Source: the human T2T-CHM13v2.0 reference genome, Homo sapiens
Assembly (NCBI RefSeq): GCF_009914755.1
Contig: NC_060929.1
Strand: one strand, 5' to 3'
DNA length: 64,000 nt
Notes under the pieces: model-generated
Database searches by the model: none
Told to the model about the DNA's origin: nothing
The model's input: the letters and a program-made list of their open reading frames with translations, nothing else
Program-made: the position numbers and the translations under genes
Part shown: in pieces, positions 17,279 to 31,948 of the stretch
How the letters are laid out: each line of letters starts with the position of its first letter
Position numbering within the stretch: the first letter of the stretch is position 1

Positions 17279-18189
17279 TTATATCCTAAAAAGATCATTG
17301 TTTTCTCTGTAGAACACTTAACACCACACGTATTTGCTGTCTCTTCTCAAGGCAGAACACTTGCTATACATACGAGCTGCAGCCTTTTTCCACTCATCTC
17401 TTTAACTCGCTCCTTTAAGGGGCCTTGTTTCAGGCATTTTTGGATCCCTGGAACCAGTACAAGAAGGGCTTCCCACAAGGAATATTTAATATTATGGCTT
17501 CATATTTATTTTAATTCTTCAGTTTAAAAATAGGAAATAAAGTAGCTCATCTCCCCAGTTTCAGAGTTTCAAACATAACGGATCAAAGAACTCTGTCAAC
17601 TCCAAGAACCACAGAAGTATTTTAACATGTCACTGTAAACAGACTAAAAGATGTGCTTATGAATAGCCTTTGGAAATCCAAGTTGTTTTTAAGTAAAGTA
17701 GCCACTGTATTCACCTACAGTCACTACACTGTGGTGACCCCAGAATTTAGAAATAGGGTATCATCTGGGAGAAATGTAGCAAACAGCACCTTCAGCTCAG
17801 CCTAACTAACGGGCTAAGTTATCTGGAGAAAGAAGTCTGAGGGCAGCTGGGAACATCTGGGAACTACTCAAGTTCAAACAAGGTAAGTGTAATATGCAAC
17901 ACCAGGGAGGGTGGCATGGCCAAATCACCGTGACTGACTGGAATGCAGAGTGGAAGCCTGAGACTTTTATGACCTGTCTGGGGAAAAGTATGCACAAGAT
18001 CTAGAAAAACGGGGATGCAGGAAGAAAGAATCTACCAGTGTCCTCAGCACTGTCCTGAGTGAAGGGTGTTTTTACAAGCAGATGCACATATGGGGATGAT
18101 CAAAGCCAGAAATGAACAAGCTGCCCCAGGGGAAAGCAAGCGAACGGGAAGGGCAGAGGGCAGTGTTAGAGGCACAGGCAAAGAGGAGA

Positions 18190-19185
18190 TGACCACCTCA
18201 CACACACTATAGCGACTAAAATAAAAAAAAGATGTACCATTAAGTGTTGGTGAGGGTGTGGAGAAATGTGAACCTTAATACATGACTTCATCCTGAATAT
18301 CCCACATTACTGGTGGGAATGGAAAATGATGTAGCAACTTTGGAAAATAATATGGCGGTTCCTCAAGAGCTTAAAATTACTACACAATCCAGCAATTCTG
18401 CTTCTAGATATAAACCCAAGAGAAATGAAAACATATGTCCATACAAAAATCAGTACACGAATGTTCACAGGAGCATAATTTATAATAGCCAAAAGGTACA
18501 AACAATCCAAATGTCCATCAACTGACAAATGGATACATAAAATATGTTACAGGTATATTTACAGTCGCAACACTTTTGGAGGCCAAGGCGGGCAGATCAC
18601 TTGAGGTCAGGAATTCGAGGCCAGTCTAGCCAACATGGTGAAACCCTGTCTCTACCAAAAATATAAAAAATTAACCGGGCCTGGTAGTGCGCGCCTGTAA
18701 TCCCAGCTACTCAGGAGGCCGAGGAAGGAGAATCGCTTGAACCTGGGAGGCGGGGGTTGCTGTGAGCCGAGATCACACCACTGCACTCTAGCCTGGGTAA
18801 CAGAGTGAAACTCCATCTCAAAAGAAATAAATAAATAAAAGTAAAATAAAATGTTATATTCATACAACAGAATATTATCTAGCCACTTAAAGGAATGAAG
18901 TACATATGCTACAACCTGAGTGTGAACCTTAAAAACATGCTAAGTGGGCCAGGTGCGGTGGCTCACGCCTGTAATCCCAGCACTTTGGGAGGCCTAGGCA
19001 GGCAAATCACCTGAGGTCAGGAGTTCGAGACCAGCCTGGCCAACATGGTGAAACCCTGTCTCTACTAAAATTATAAAAATTAGCCGGGCATGGTGGCAGG
19101 CACCTGTAATCCCAGCTACTCGGGAGGCTGAAGCAGAAGATCGTGCCACTGCGTTTCAGCCAGAGAGACAGAGCAAGACTCCATC

Positions 19186-19241
<56 letters not shown>

Positions 19242-19390
19242 GACCAGACACAGAGGGCTATATATTGTATGATTCCATTTATACGAAATGTCTAGAATAG
19301 GCAAATCCACAGAGACAAAATAGATTAGTGGCTGCCTAGGGCTGGGGAGCTTGAGGGGAAGATGGGGAGGGAGTGGAGAGTGTAATGTGG
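18190..19390 (+). mobile_element. Old L1M 3' fragment interrupted by two Alus (about 18570-18845 and 18947-19238)
   Basis: L1 3' motifs such as CCAGCAATTCTGCTTCTAG, CCAAATGTCCATCAACTGA and GGCAAATCCACAGAGACA. Confidence 0.8.
19189..19238 (+). repeat. (GA)25 microsatellite replacing an Alu tail
   Basis: Pure GA run directly after GACTCCATCT. Confidence 0.95.
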
Positions 19391-19648
19391 AATGAAGGAA
19401 ACAGATCTAACATGTTTCAGGCTGGGAATATCTATGGCTCTTCCTACATTGGCCTGGCACATTGAGCTCTCAGGGGAGAAAGTGGGGGCTGCACAGGTCA
19501 CCCATCCTTCCTTCTTCAGTACAGGTTTTAGTGGCCCCTACTCCCTAGGAAATAAAGACTTTCCTTTCTCCTCCCTCCCCAAACACCCATGTGGCTTCCC
19601 AGGGTGCCTAAATCTGAATCTTCCTCAAACACAGACGTTACACCTTGA

Positions 19649-20011
<363 letters not shown>

Positions 20012-21079
20012 TCTAAAATGGATTTTTAATCCCCCAGGTATCAAATCTCATGAGTGTGTACCTGCTTAAATTATACAGTTAATAACAAGAATGACCTGCA
20101 AAATAAATAGCCCTTATGTTTTGAGATGGGGAAATGCTCCAAGAGAAGACAGAATCATGCCTTATTCAACCAGCACAGTCAAGCTTTCTCTGAGCCAAAG
20201 TTCTCCTGGGAAAGAGGAGTTTCCCTAAAGAAAAGAAGCAGGACAAAGTCTGGCCCAGCATCCCTTGCAGTCCCCTCTTACTCAAACTTAAACACAGGCC
20301 ACATTCTGCAACCAAGGCAAAAACTGGAAATAACTGACAAGGGAGCTGCCCTTGCGCTCCTAACCCACATACCAAAGACCCACGCGACTCTGGCAGAACG
20401 CTGGGTAGGAGGCACTTACACACTCCCATCCGGGCCGTTACAAGCATGCAGTTCTTTCTCCTCTTCCAGTCACAGTCTCAGGCACTTCCACGGCCAACAA
20501 AGAGGGGGTAAGGACTCCAGCAGGAGCCCAGTGTGCGTCCCTACAAGGGGACCTTTCAACACCCGCCCGCAAGCACCCCCTGAGGATGAGGTCAGCCTCT
20601 CTTCTGTAGGCCACGAAACAAGCTGACTTTGTGGCCAGATGGCCAGCTCCCTTGTGAGGCCCTAAAGCTGGAAAAGGATTGGTTTCACCCACAGGGATCT
20701 CATTCCCTACGCAGGACACCCAGCCAAACCATTTGTAAATAGGTACATTCAGGGGACAGGCATAGAAACATTTACAAGAGCCTCTGTGAGGGACATCAGG
20801 GTTGCCTTCCCTCTCTTCCTCCCTCTCTCTGTTCTCTGACTGTAAGTCACCCTGTGCCCACTGCCACCACTACCTCTAGGCTCACCTCCCAAAATATCTC
20901 CCTCTGTTTCCATGATATAGCCTCCTGCTCTAGAATCTGTAATGGCTTCCCACTTGCCACAGACCACATTCAAACACTTCACCTTGGCACTACAATTCCT
21001 GCAAGATGTGGTCATTTCACCTCGCCTCACCTCTTGGTCCTTCTCCACCTGCCTCTCCCTCCTCTCTAGTCACACAGCC

Positions 21080-21320
21080 TCGTAGCTAAGAACATATTCA
21101 GACCAGATTCAAATCCTAACCCCACCATTTAATAGCTGGAGACCTTGGGTGAGGTACTTAAATGGCTCGATGTTTCAGTTTCCCCATCTGTAGGGCAGGG
21201 GTAATGCTAGTACCTACTGTTCAGGTGAGTACAGTGCTGATGAAGTAAGAAAATACAGGGAAAGTGCTCAGAATAAAACCTGACACATGGTATCACTCAA
21301 TAATTAGCTATTGAAATAGT
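21080..21320 (+). mobile_element. MIR
   Basis: GACCTTGGGTGAGGTACTTAA...CAGTTTCCCCATCTGTA core. Confidence 0.7.
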
Positions 21321-22069
21321 TATTATTACTCATACAAGTCACTTATTTCACGAAGCCTTTCCTAGCAACACCAGTGGAACATCTTCTGTTTCTCAAATGA
21401 TCCGTTAACAGTCAGAAAGCATAAATACTGACTGGAATTGCTAGAACTGCTTCATGGGGCAGGTTACTTGGATGGTAATCAGGTGTGAATATTATCATTA
21501 TGAAATTCACGTCCTAAAACACATACCAATGGCTCCCAAATTATCTCTCCCTCTAACGTCTCAATAAATTCACCACTGTGGGATACTATCTATTTGTTTA
21601 GTAATAGATTTTGTTTTTTGGATGCAGGGCTTAATTCTATTAAAGAATAGCAACTTATTAAGAGCAGGGATCACACTACAACCAGTGCACAGCAGAGTTC
21701 CCACCACAGTACCACAGTGGATCATCAAGCCACCTTAATGGATTTAGAAATTCAAGCTTGTTGAATTTACAAAGAGTAAATTTAAGTAATTTACTGTATT
21801 ACTTAAAAAAACACAAGTAGTACATGGGAGATTAAGTGGACGCTCAGAATAAGAGTTAAAATCTACGCTTTCAGATAGAAAAACTAGCCAGCATGGTGGC
21901 TCACGCCTGTAGTCCCAACTACTCAGAAGGCTGAGGCAGGAGGATCGATTGAGCCTGGGAGGTCAAGGCTGCAGAGAGCCATGATTGTGCCACTGCACTC
22001 TAGCTTGGGCAACAGAGCGAGACTCGTAATTTCTGCCTTGTTTTAGGCCTTAGAAGACTTTATAACTTT

Positions 22070-22413
<344 letters not shown>

Positions 22414-22573
22414 TTATAAGCTCCATTTCTCGCAAGTGTGAACACCCCACGGCTAGCACTACAGTGTCTTACTGAAGAAAGAGCCAATGTTTCAAGCAGT
22501 CAGAGGGGAACCCAAATTTCACTGTAGTATCCACCATATCCAAGACCATACAACCAGAATTATAAAAGCACTA

Positions 22574-23140
<567 letters not shown>

Positions 23141-23810
23141 TCAGCTGGGAAGATGCAGTACGGAGTGGTCGGTTTGTAAGGGGAAATGGCATTTGGATAG
23201 CAAGGCTTTCTTCTCCCTCTATCTCTAGGATAAGAGCTGCCCCAAGGGAACACGCCTGCTGCTCTCTCTTCCTGGCAAACTGCGCCCTTGCAAAGAAGTC
23301 TGCCCTTCCCGGGCACTGATGGTGCCCTGCTGGGTGAGTCTGAGTCATTTGGGGGTTCAGTAAAAGCCTGCTTCCCTGAAGATATGAACCACAGAGCCTC
23401 ACATCAGTTTTATGAGGAATAAAGGTGATGTTTGGCAACCTGCTGACATCTTAGTCTTTTTTGTCAATTCGCTTAGAACCTAGGAGACAAAGTGTTATTT
23501 CTTGGGCTCTCTCAAAATCCCCACCACAGTCCCCTGTGATCCAGGAGGACTACTATGGGGGAAAAAAGGAAATTCAAGAAAAAGAGGTCCCACATGTATC
23601 TCCATCAGCATCACACACCAGGCCTACTTCTGTATACGCTGACCAAAGAACGGCCAAAAATCCACCCCTCACCCATGAAGACACCACTCACCCTACAAGT
23701 AACCTGTCCAGAAAGGTGGGAAATGCCCCATAGCCCATTCTCCATTATTTGTGAGAATATCAGCTTTATTATACTTCCTATGTAGGCCAAATTAAGTGTT
23801 TCAGCTGCTA

Positions 23811-24207
<397 letters not shown>

Positions 24208-24304
24208 CTATAAACAATGCTAAGATAAAATACACAATCGTCTGACATAAACAGACGATTGTGATGGACAATGATGTGTCCATGATGTGTCCAATGATGG
24301 ACAA

Positions 24305-24506
24305 TGATAGACAATGGAGACTCAGGGGCTGTGGGGCTGGGAAGGGGGTGGATGATGAGAGGTTGCCTGGTGGGTACAACGTGTGTTATTCCCGGGATGG
24401 ATGCACCGAAGGCCCTGACTTCACCACAAGGTAATATATCAACATAGCAAAATTGCACTTGTACCCCATTAATCTACACAAATGTTTTAAAATTTAAAAA
24501 TTAAAA
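24305..24506 (+). mobile_element. 5'-truncated L1 3' end (old L1P/L1MA)
   Basis: GGAGACTCAGGGG...GGGTACAACGTG...AAAATTGCACTTGTACCCC and an A-rich end. Confidence 0.75.
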
Positions 24507-24759
24507 CAAGAATTCTCCACCAAAAGCATCAGATAGAATCTACACTACTACTAAAGATCAAGCTGTTGATTGGTTTTCCTGTTTAGCCAGAAGGCATTGG
24601 ATCCTGGAAAGCATAGAGCAGGCTTCAGGAAGGTTCAAGGAAACCAGGTATACCCCAAAACACATGGGGGTACATGGACCCCATCTTCTAAATCATGTTT
24701 TTCCCACACACCCTCATCAAACATCGGAAATAGGACGAGCTGAACACGGACAAACTTAC

Positions 24760-24927
24760 GTGCTCTTTCATCTTGTGAGCCACGGTTGTTGACATCATGA
24801 TGCAGCAGAGGACGACGACCAGAATGAAGTAGAGGGCGTACATGAAGCGGGTGCTGAGGGACTGCCGAATCCTGGGGCAGCAATCACAGCAGAGAGAGCA
24901 GCCTGCAGACCCACAGCAGCAGGCCAG
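24760..24927 (-). CDS. SERINC5: Serine incorporator 5, coding exon 2 (Cys-rich N-terminus plus first transmembrane helix)
   Basis: Minus strand: acceptor tccttttctAG, then 56 codons LACCCGSAGCSLCCDCCPRIRQSLSTRFMYALYFILVVVLCCIMMSTTVAHKMKEH, then donor CAC|GTAAGT. 168 bp, phase 0-0. Peptide matches recalled human SERINC5 residues 10-65. Not in the ORF track in this frame. Confidence 0.97.
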
Positions 24928-24987
24928 CTAGAAAAGGAACAGAAGGCATCTGCTTAGAGCATGATACTGTGATAGAATAAGAAACAT

Positions 24988-25450
24988 GGCCAGGCACTGT
25001 GGTACACATCTGGAGTCCCTGCTACTCGGGGGGCTGGAGGATCACTTGAGACTAGGATCGCTTGAGACCAGAGTTCAAGTTTAGCCTGGTCAACACAGCA
25101 AGAACCTGTCTCTAAATAAATATATATACACATATATATATATATGTGTATATATATTTATATATATTGAGACAGTCTATATCTAATGTATATTTTATAT
25201 ATACATATATACATACACACATGCACATATACACACACACACACATATATATATTTTTAATAAGGCCCAGTGCAGTGATTCACACCTTTAATCCCAGAGC
25301 TGTGGGAGATCAAGGTAAGAAGATTGCTTGAACCCAGGAGTTTGAGATCAGCCTGGGCAACACAGCAAGACCCCATCTCTTACAAAAAATTTTTTCTTTA
25401 ATTAGCCAGGCATGGTGGCACAAACCTGTAGTCCCAGCTACTTGGGAGGC
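24988..25450 (+). mobile_element. Alu monomer, (TA)/(CA) low-complexity tract and truncated AluJ
   Basis: Alu segments at about 24988-25115 and 25264-25450 flanking TA/CA repeats. Confidence 0.8.
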
Positions 25451-25494
25451 TATCTCCATGAAAAACATGACCAGGAAAAAAGAAAACAATCATA

Positions 25495-25534
25495 TTAGGT
25501 TGGTGCAAAAGTAATTGTGGTTTTTGCCATTACT
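25495..25534. mobile_element. MADE1 (Hsmar1 MITE), half element
   Basis: TA followed by TTAGGTTGGTGCAAAAGTAATTGTGGTTTTTGCCATTACT. Confidence 0.85.
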
Positions 25535-25559
25535 CTACATATATATATACAAAAATTTG

Positions 25560-26278
25560 GTCTGGTGCAAGGGCTTCTAAAACTTCTGGAATTTCCTGAG
25601 TGACAGAGGTTAACAGGAGAGTATTTCGTTACTAATGCTCTTTTCAGTCATACCAGAGCTTGTACTAATGAGGCAACTCTTCCTGGGTCCCTAGATAGCT
25701 TCAGGATGGAAGGCTGGCTATCAGTGGAACCAACCATGTGGTTTAGAGGGTCGGAACTTTCAGGAGCACACACCTGGGCAGGGACTGAAGACTGAGCTAA
25801 TTACCAATAGCCCATGATTTAATCAGCCGCATGTACATAATAGTGCCTCCATAAAAACCCTAATCAATGGGATTCAGAGCTTCCAGTTTGGTGAACGCAT
25901 CCATGTGCCTGGAGGGTGGTGCACCCAAACTCCAAGGGAACGATGCTCTGGCGCTCGGGACCCTTCCGGACAGTGCCCTGTGTACCTCTTCATCTGGCTG
26001 TTCATTTGTCTCCTTTATAATAAACTGGTAATCGCCAGTAAAGAGTTTTGGTGAGTTCTGTGATCCATTCTAGCCCATTATTGAACCTAAAGAGGGGATG
26101 CTGGGAACCCCTGATTCATAGCTGGTCAGTCAGAAGTATGGAAGGCCTAGATTTGCAATTGGCATCTGAAATGAGAAAAGTCTTGTGGAACCCAGCCCTT
26201 AACCTGTGAGGTCTGTGCGAACTCTAGGTAGTTAGTGTCAGAATTGAATTAAATTGTGGGATGCCCAGTTGGTGTCCT
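25560..26278 (+). mobile_element. MER21-family LTR
   Basis: GGAATTTCCTGAGTGA, CTTCATCTGGCTGTTCATTTG and GTCAGAATTGAATTAAATTG...CAGTTGGTGTC motifs. Confidence 0.75.
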
Positions 26279-26633
26279 GTACTGAGTCACACCACTTTAC
26301 CAACGTATTCACCCAGGTCTTCTGTAGGTCGACCTTCCAAGCTACAAGATGAACATTCTTCCCAGGTACCTTGACCATAGGACATGCAGGAACAGTTCGG
26401 TGTGTGAACAAAGCTTTCATCGGAATTGTTCTGGTGCTATCTTTAATGACAACCATCAATGGTTTGGGAGATGCCCAATTATTACACAGAAAAGGCACAG
26501 TTCATCTGAAGTATTATAATCGTGACTCTCAGACAAAAAGATTTCTACAATCAGCTAAGAGCAAGAGAAGAAGCCAAGAACTAGTAAACAAAGTGGGAAG
26601 AACATGAAAAACAAAAAGTTGGGCCCAAGAAAG

Positions 26634-27231
26634 TGAGGGAGAAGAAAAGGAAAAATCAGTTAGGCAGACAGTTAAGGCTAGTCCTCAGAGAAACAGACTG
26701 AAAAATCACAGCTACACATACAAATAAGAGTTGCCTGGGGAAAAACAAAACTGCAGCTGCACTGATAAGAAAGCAGGGCCCAGCATAGAAGCCTTTTGTT
26801 CTTTGTGTGATTAGCAGGCTCCCAGGGAAAAGTTTCCTCTCCTTCTCAGGCACATACACGGTGGGCTCCGTGGGAACTTGCACAGGGAGTGGGGAGGTGC
26901 TGGGGGAGGCTTACCTAAAACACAGTTACACAAATGAGGAGCTGCACTTTGTGTTTACCCAACACATGCCCGTGTCTGCACTGATAAGGAGAGTTACACA
27001 GACAGCTGCACAGATAAGGGAACTTAGGCAAACAGCTACAGAGATGAGGGGAGTTTCTCATAAAAGCTTTCAGACTCAACTGTAAAAACAGCGACTCACT
27101 CAGGTCCTCCTTTCCATTGCACAGAGCTTTCTTCGTTCACTCCAACTTCACCCTTGTGTTCATATTAATCCTTACTTTTCTTGGTCGTGAGACAACGGAC
27201 TTGGATAACACCTCGGACAACATGACCATCA
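26634..27231 (+). mobile_element. ERV1 solo LTR (MER61-like)
   Basis: TGAGGGAG...AAAATCAGTTAGGCAGACAG start, repeated CAGCTGCAC/CAGCTACA units, CATAAAAGC, CA end; no clear TSD. Confidence 0.55.
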
Positions 27232-27659
27232 ACCCTAGACGGTTTCAAAAGGAACCTGTCAAAATCCATGAGCCTAAGGATGAATGTACAAGCACCCAGG
27301 GTGCTGGGATGGGAAAGGCCTGCAGCCATACACCCTTGTAGGAAATAATGAGAGTATGTAACTTGAAGCTCAAAAGAAATGGGTGCCTTTTACACTGCAT
27401 TTCTACCAGAGTTTCATGTCCCAAATGGTAAGCTTTTTGGGTTAATGAGTAGGACGTGGGCCCAGAGGAGCACAGAGCTCCTGCTATACCACTAACAGCA
27501 TACACATCTTTTCTTTGGGATCTTTAATAAACCATAAGGTAATAGAGGATGGTGATTAAAAGCTCAGGCTCAAAGCTTGGCTGGGTTTGTGGCCTGGCTT
27601 TGCCACCTACTAGCTGTGAACTACAAGCAAGTTATTTATCCTTTAAAAACTCAAGACTT

Positions 27660-27869
27660 GGCCAGGCACGGTGGCTCACACCTGTAATCCCAGCACTTTA
27701 GGAGGCCAAGGCAGGCGGATCGTGAGGTCAGGAGATCAAGACCATGACCATCCTGGCCAACATGGTGAAACCTCGTCTCTACTAAATACAAAACAAAACA
27801 AAACAAAACAAAACAAAAAACAAAATATTAGCCGGGTGTGGTGGTGCACAAAAAAAAAAAAAAAAAAAA
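27660..27869 (+). mobile_element. AluSc-like element missing most of its right arm, inserted in a MIR
   Basis: TSD AAAAAC(C)TCAAGACTT; (AAAAC)n linker; A20 tail. Confidence 0.88.
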
Positions 27870-28862
27870 CCTCAAGACTTCTCGTTTATAAAGTGGGGGT
27901 GGCAGAAGTACTACATGGTGTCTTGGATAACCTAATCAGACACAACTGGCACCAGAAAGGAGTCCCTGTTAAGCCAACAGGGCAATGCTACAAGAAATTA
28001 CCATAAACTGCAGATTACAATAAAATCTGTATGTATTAACACTATACTCTATATAAACCTAAAGCCCAACAATTCAATCTTTTGATAATGATTTGGAAGG
28101 AAGTTTGAGACTCTGCAAGGCTTCAAAACAAGCATCAATTAGAATGCTACACCATAAACATCACTTACAATGAGCTACGATCACAGGTATATGGGTAAGA
28201 CAACATACCATAATGGTATGACAGATCTTGGAATCACAGTCATTTCCCTAGTTATCTCATCTACTTCATGAGACTGTCATTGTTTGAGCCCTGTGTCATT
28301 CTCTACTGTTTCATCACTACAAATTTTTCCTAACCAACTCTCTCCATCTTACGTCCGATTTTCCAAGCCAGCTTCCTCCAGATTCTTCTTGACTCACAAA
28401 ACTAAGCCACTGCTTTGTAAAAGAAGACATTCTACTCGGGCTGAGATAAGAGAATACACAAGTGGTATCCTAACATTACTGCATGTGTGGGTGTTTTATG
28501 GGCCACTTTCCTTTACAATTCCTTCACTGATGTTCTCAATCTCTGATTTTACTGACCTCTTTCCACTCACATGCCCCAATTTTAAACACATACACATACA
28601 ACTGTCCCCTCCCCACTGCTTTAGCTGGCTTTTCTCTGGGTCCTGCCTCCTGAACCCTTTCCTAACTGCCTCCTTCACTGATTGCTTTTTTTTTTTTTTT
28701 TTTTTAAGAGACAGAGTTTCATTGTGTTACACAGACTGGCCTCAAACTCCTGGGCTCAAGTAATGCTCCTGCCTCAGCCTTAGCTGGGACTACAAGCACA
28801 GGACACCATGATACCATGCCTGGCTGGTTGCTAACTCTCTGTTACCCTGTGGTCTTAGATAA

Positions 28863-29172
<310 letters not shown>

Positions 29173-30039
29173 AACCTCTCACTGTATTTCAAGTTCAAAT
29201 GTGATCAACAAAATACTTATTCTATTTGGGAAAATAAGTATTTTGGAAACAGTTAATGCCTCCCACAATAAAACATTCCCACAGCTGAATCAACATTTAA
29301 ACTTACTATTATCTCCACAGAGGGAAAAATAAACAGATACAAACATCACTGTGAGCCTAATTGGAACTGATCATCTAAAGGCAGACAAATAGCAACAGAA
29401 GGGACATGATTGTGGAAAATGTAAAAAGAAAGCCCTATTGGTTTAACCCTATTCTGTCATTAAAGTCATATGCCATTGTATGGATCTGATTTTCCAAATT
29501 TCATTTTCACTCTTACTCTATACAGTGCTATGGTATTACAAATATACATATGTACATATATATGTGTCTATATGTATGTGTACCTATACACACACATTCC
29601 AAATATTAGAATGGACTAGCCTTTCTTACTAGCCCAAAAGTGATTTATCAAAGTAAACTATGCTAATAATTAAGGTTCGAGCACATTATCTTAAGCTACA
29701 CATTGATATATATACCAGGTGGAAATTCAAAACAGCATCCGTAAAAGAAACATTTATGTTAGCATCTAGGGAAATCTCACAGCCCTGCTGACTGAACACG
29801 TGTTTCTGGAGGAGCATACCTTTGAATAAAATGGGTTCACATCCAGCCCCTGCCACCTACAGGGTTAAGACACTGAGCATGTCACTCACTTTCAAAACTG
29901 GAAAAATCAATTCCTGGCTGGAACTACTGGTGCTTTCACAAGCTTGGAGAGAAGTGCCAGGGTTTCGTTACCCCTGGCTCCAAGAGGGCATAAAGCTTTT
30001 ACTGAAAAAGTTACAGCATATAAAAAACAAATAAATATA

Positions 30040-30260
30040 GAATATACAACGCCAAGAGGGAATGCTAATGTAAACCATGGACTTTAGGTGGTAGTGATGT
30101 GTCAAGGTAGGTTCATCGATTCTAACAAATGTACCAGTCTGGTGGGAGGAGCTGATAATGGGGGAGGCCGTGCAAGTGGGGAGGGGAGGTATATGGGAAC
30201 TCTCTGTATCTTCCTCTTAATTGTGCTGTGAACCTAAAACTGCTCTAAAAAAAAAAAAAA
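30040..30260 (+). mobile_element. L1M 3' fragment
   Basis: TAATGTAAACCATGGACTTTAGGTG...CTGTGAACCTAAAACTGCTCTAAAA. Confidence 0.75.
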
Positions 30261-30752
30261 ACCTAAGCCTATTTTTTAAAAATATAAATAAATAAATGAA
30301 CAAAACAGTGCCTGCCCCCCCAAACGACTCAGTAAATGGATGTTGGCTGAATAATGTATGGTGAAGTCACAGTGGCAACACTCCTCACGCACAGTGGCTG
30401 GCAATCTCCTCCATGGGAACAAGTTCACAATTGCATGCTATACTCAATTTCCCACGCAAGCACTGAATCACAGAGAATACTAAGGGTGTTAATTTGTAGA
30501 TACTGCATACTCTCCTCCTCCAAGGAAGTAACATTCACACACGCAAAAGGGAGTCCAACAACATCTTCAGAGGGCAATGCTTGCAATCCTTCCAGAAACT
30601 CCTCTCACAGATACATTTCCAAAAAGACACAGAGATTTAGGTATGAGGCTGTTCATAACAAACACTAGAAACAGCCTTATTTTCCAGCTACCCAGGGACT
30701 AGTAAAATGAATTACGACCTATACAATGAAATATTTGTTAATACGTCAGGTG

Positions 30753-31416
<664 letters not shown>

Positions 31417-31633
31417 GGCAGTACGCCCTGCTATTTCATATCTATGTACATACACATATGTGTAGATACAAGACCACTAACACTGACTACCCGAGGAACA
31501 GGCCTAGATGTGGGGAAGAACAGGGGACATCTATGATACTTATTGTTCTGCTCTCCTGGTTGGGTTTTTACCATGTGCATGCATTACTCTTACAGTTAAA
31601 AAATGAAGAAAACTGACTACTTGAGAAAAGTAA

Positions 31634-31948
31634 ACGGCGCGTGGTGGCTCATGCCTGTAATCCCAGCACTTTGGGAGGCACCCAGCACTGGGTAGGCGGA
31701 TCATTTGAGCTCAGGATTTTCAGCCCAGCCGGGGTAACATGGCAAAACCCCATCTCTACAAAACATACAAAAATTAGCCAGGCATGGTGGTGCATGCCGG
31801 TGGTCCCAGCTACTTGGGAGGCTGAGGCAGGAGGATTGCCTCCCAAATAGCTGGGACCACGGGTCGAGGCTGCAGTGAGCAGAGATTGCACCATTGCACT
31901 CTGGTCTAGGCCACAGAGATCCTATCTCAAAAAAGAAATAAAATAAAA
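31634..31948 (+). mobile_element. AluJ with an internal inverted duplication
   Basis: Alu dimer; see the hairpin finding at 31800-31860. Confidence 0.88.

Noticed and set aside
24635-24883. 82-aa minus-strand ORF (MLPQDSAVPQ...)
   Set aside because: Alternative frame over SERINC5 exon 2 running through the donor into the intron.
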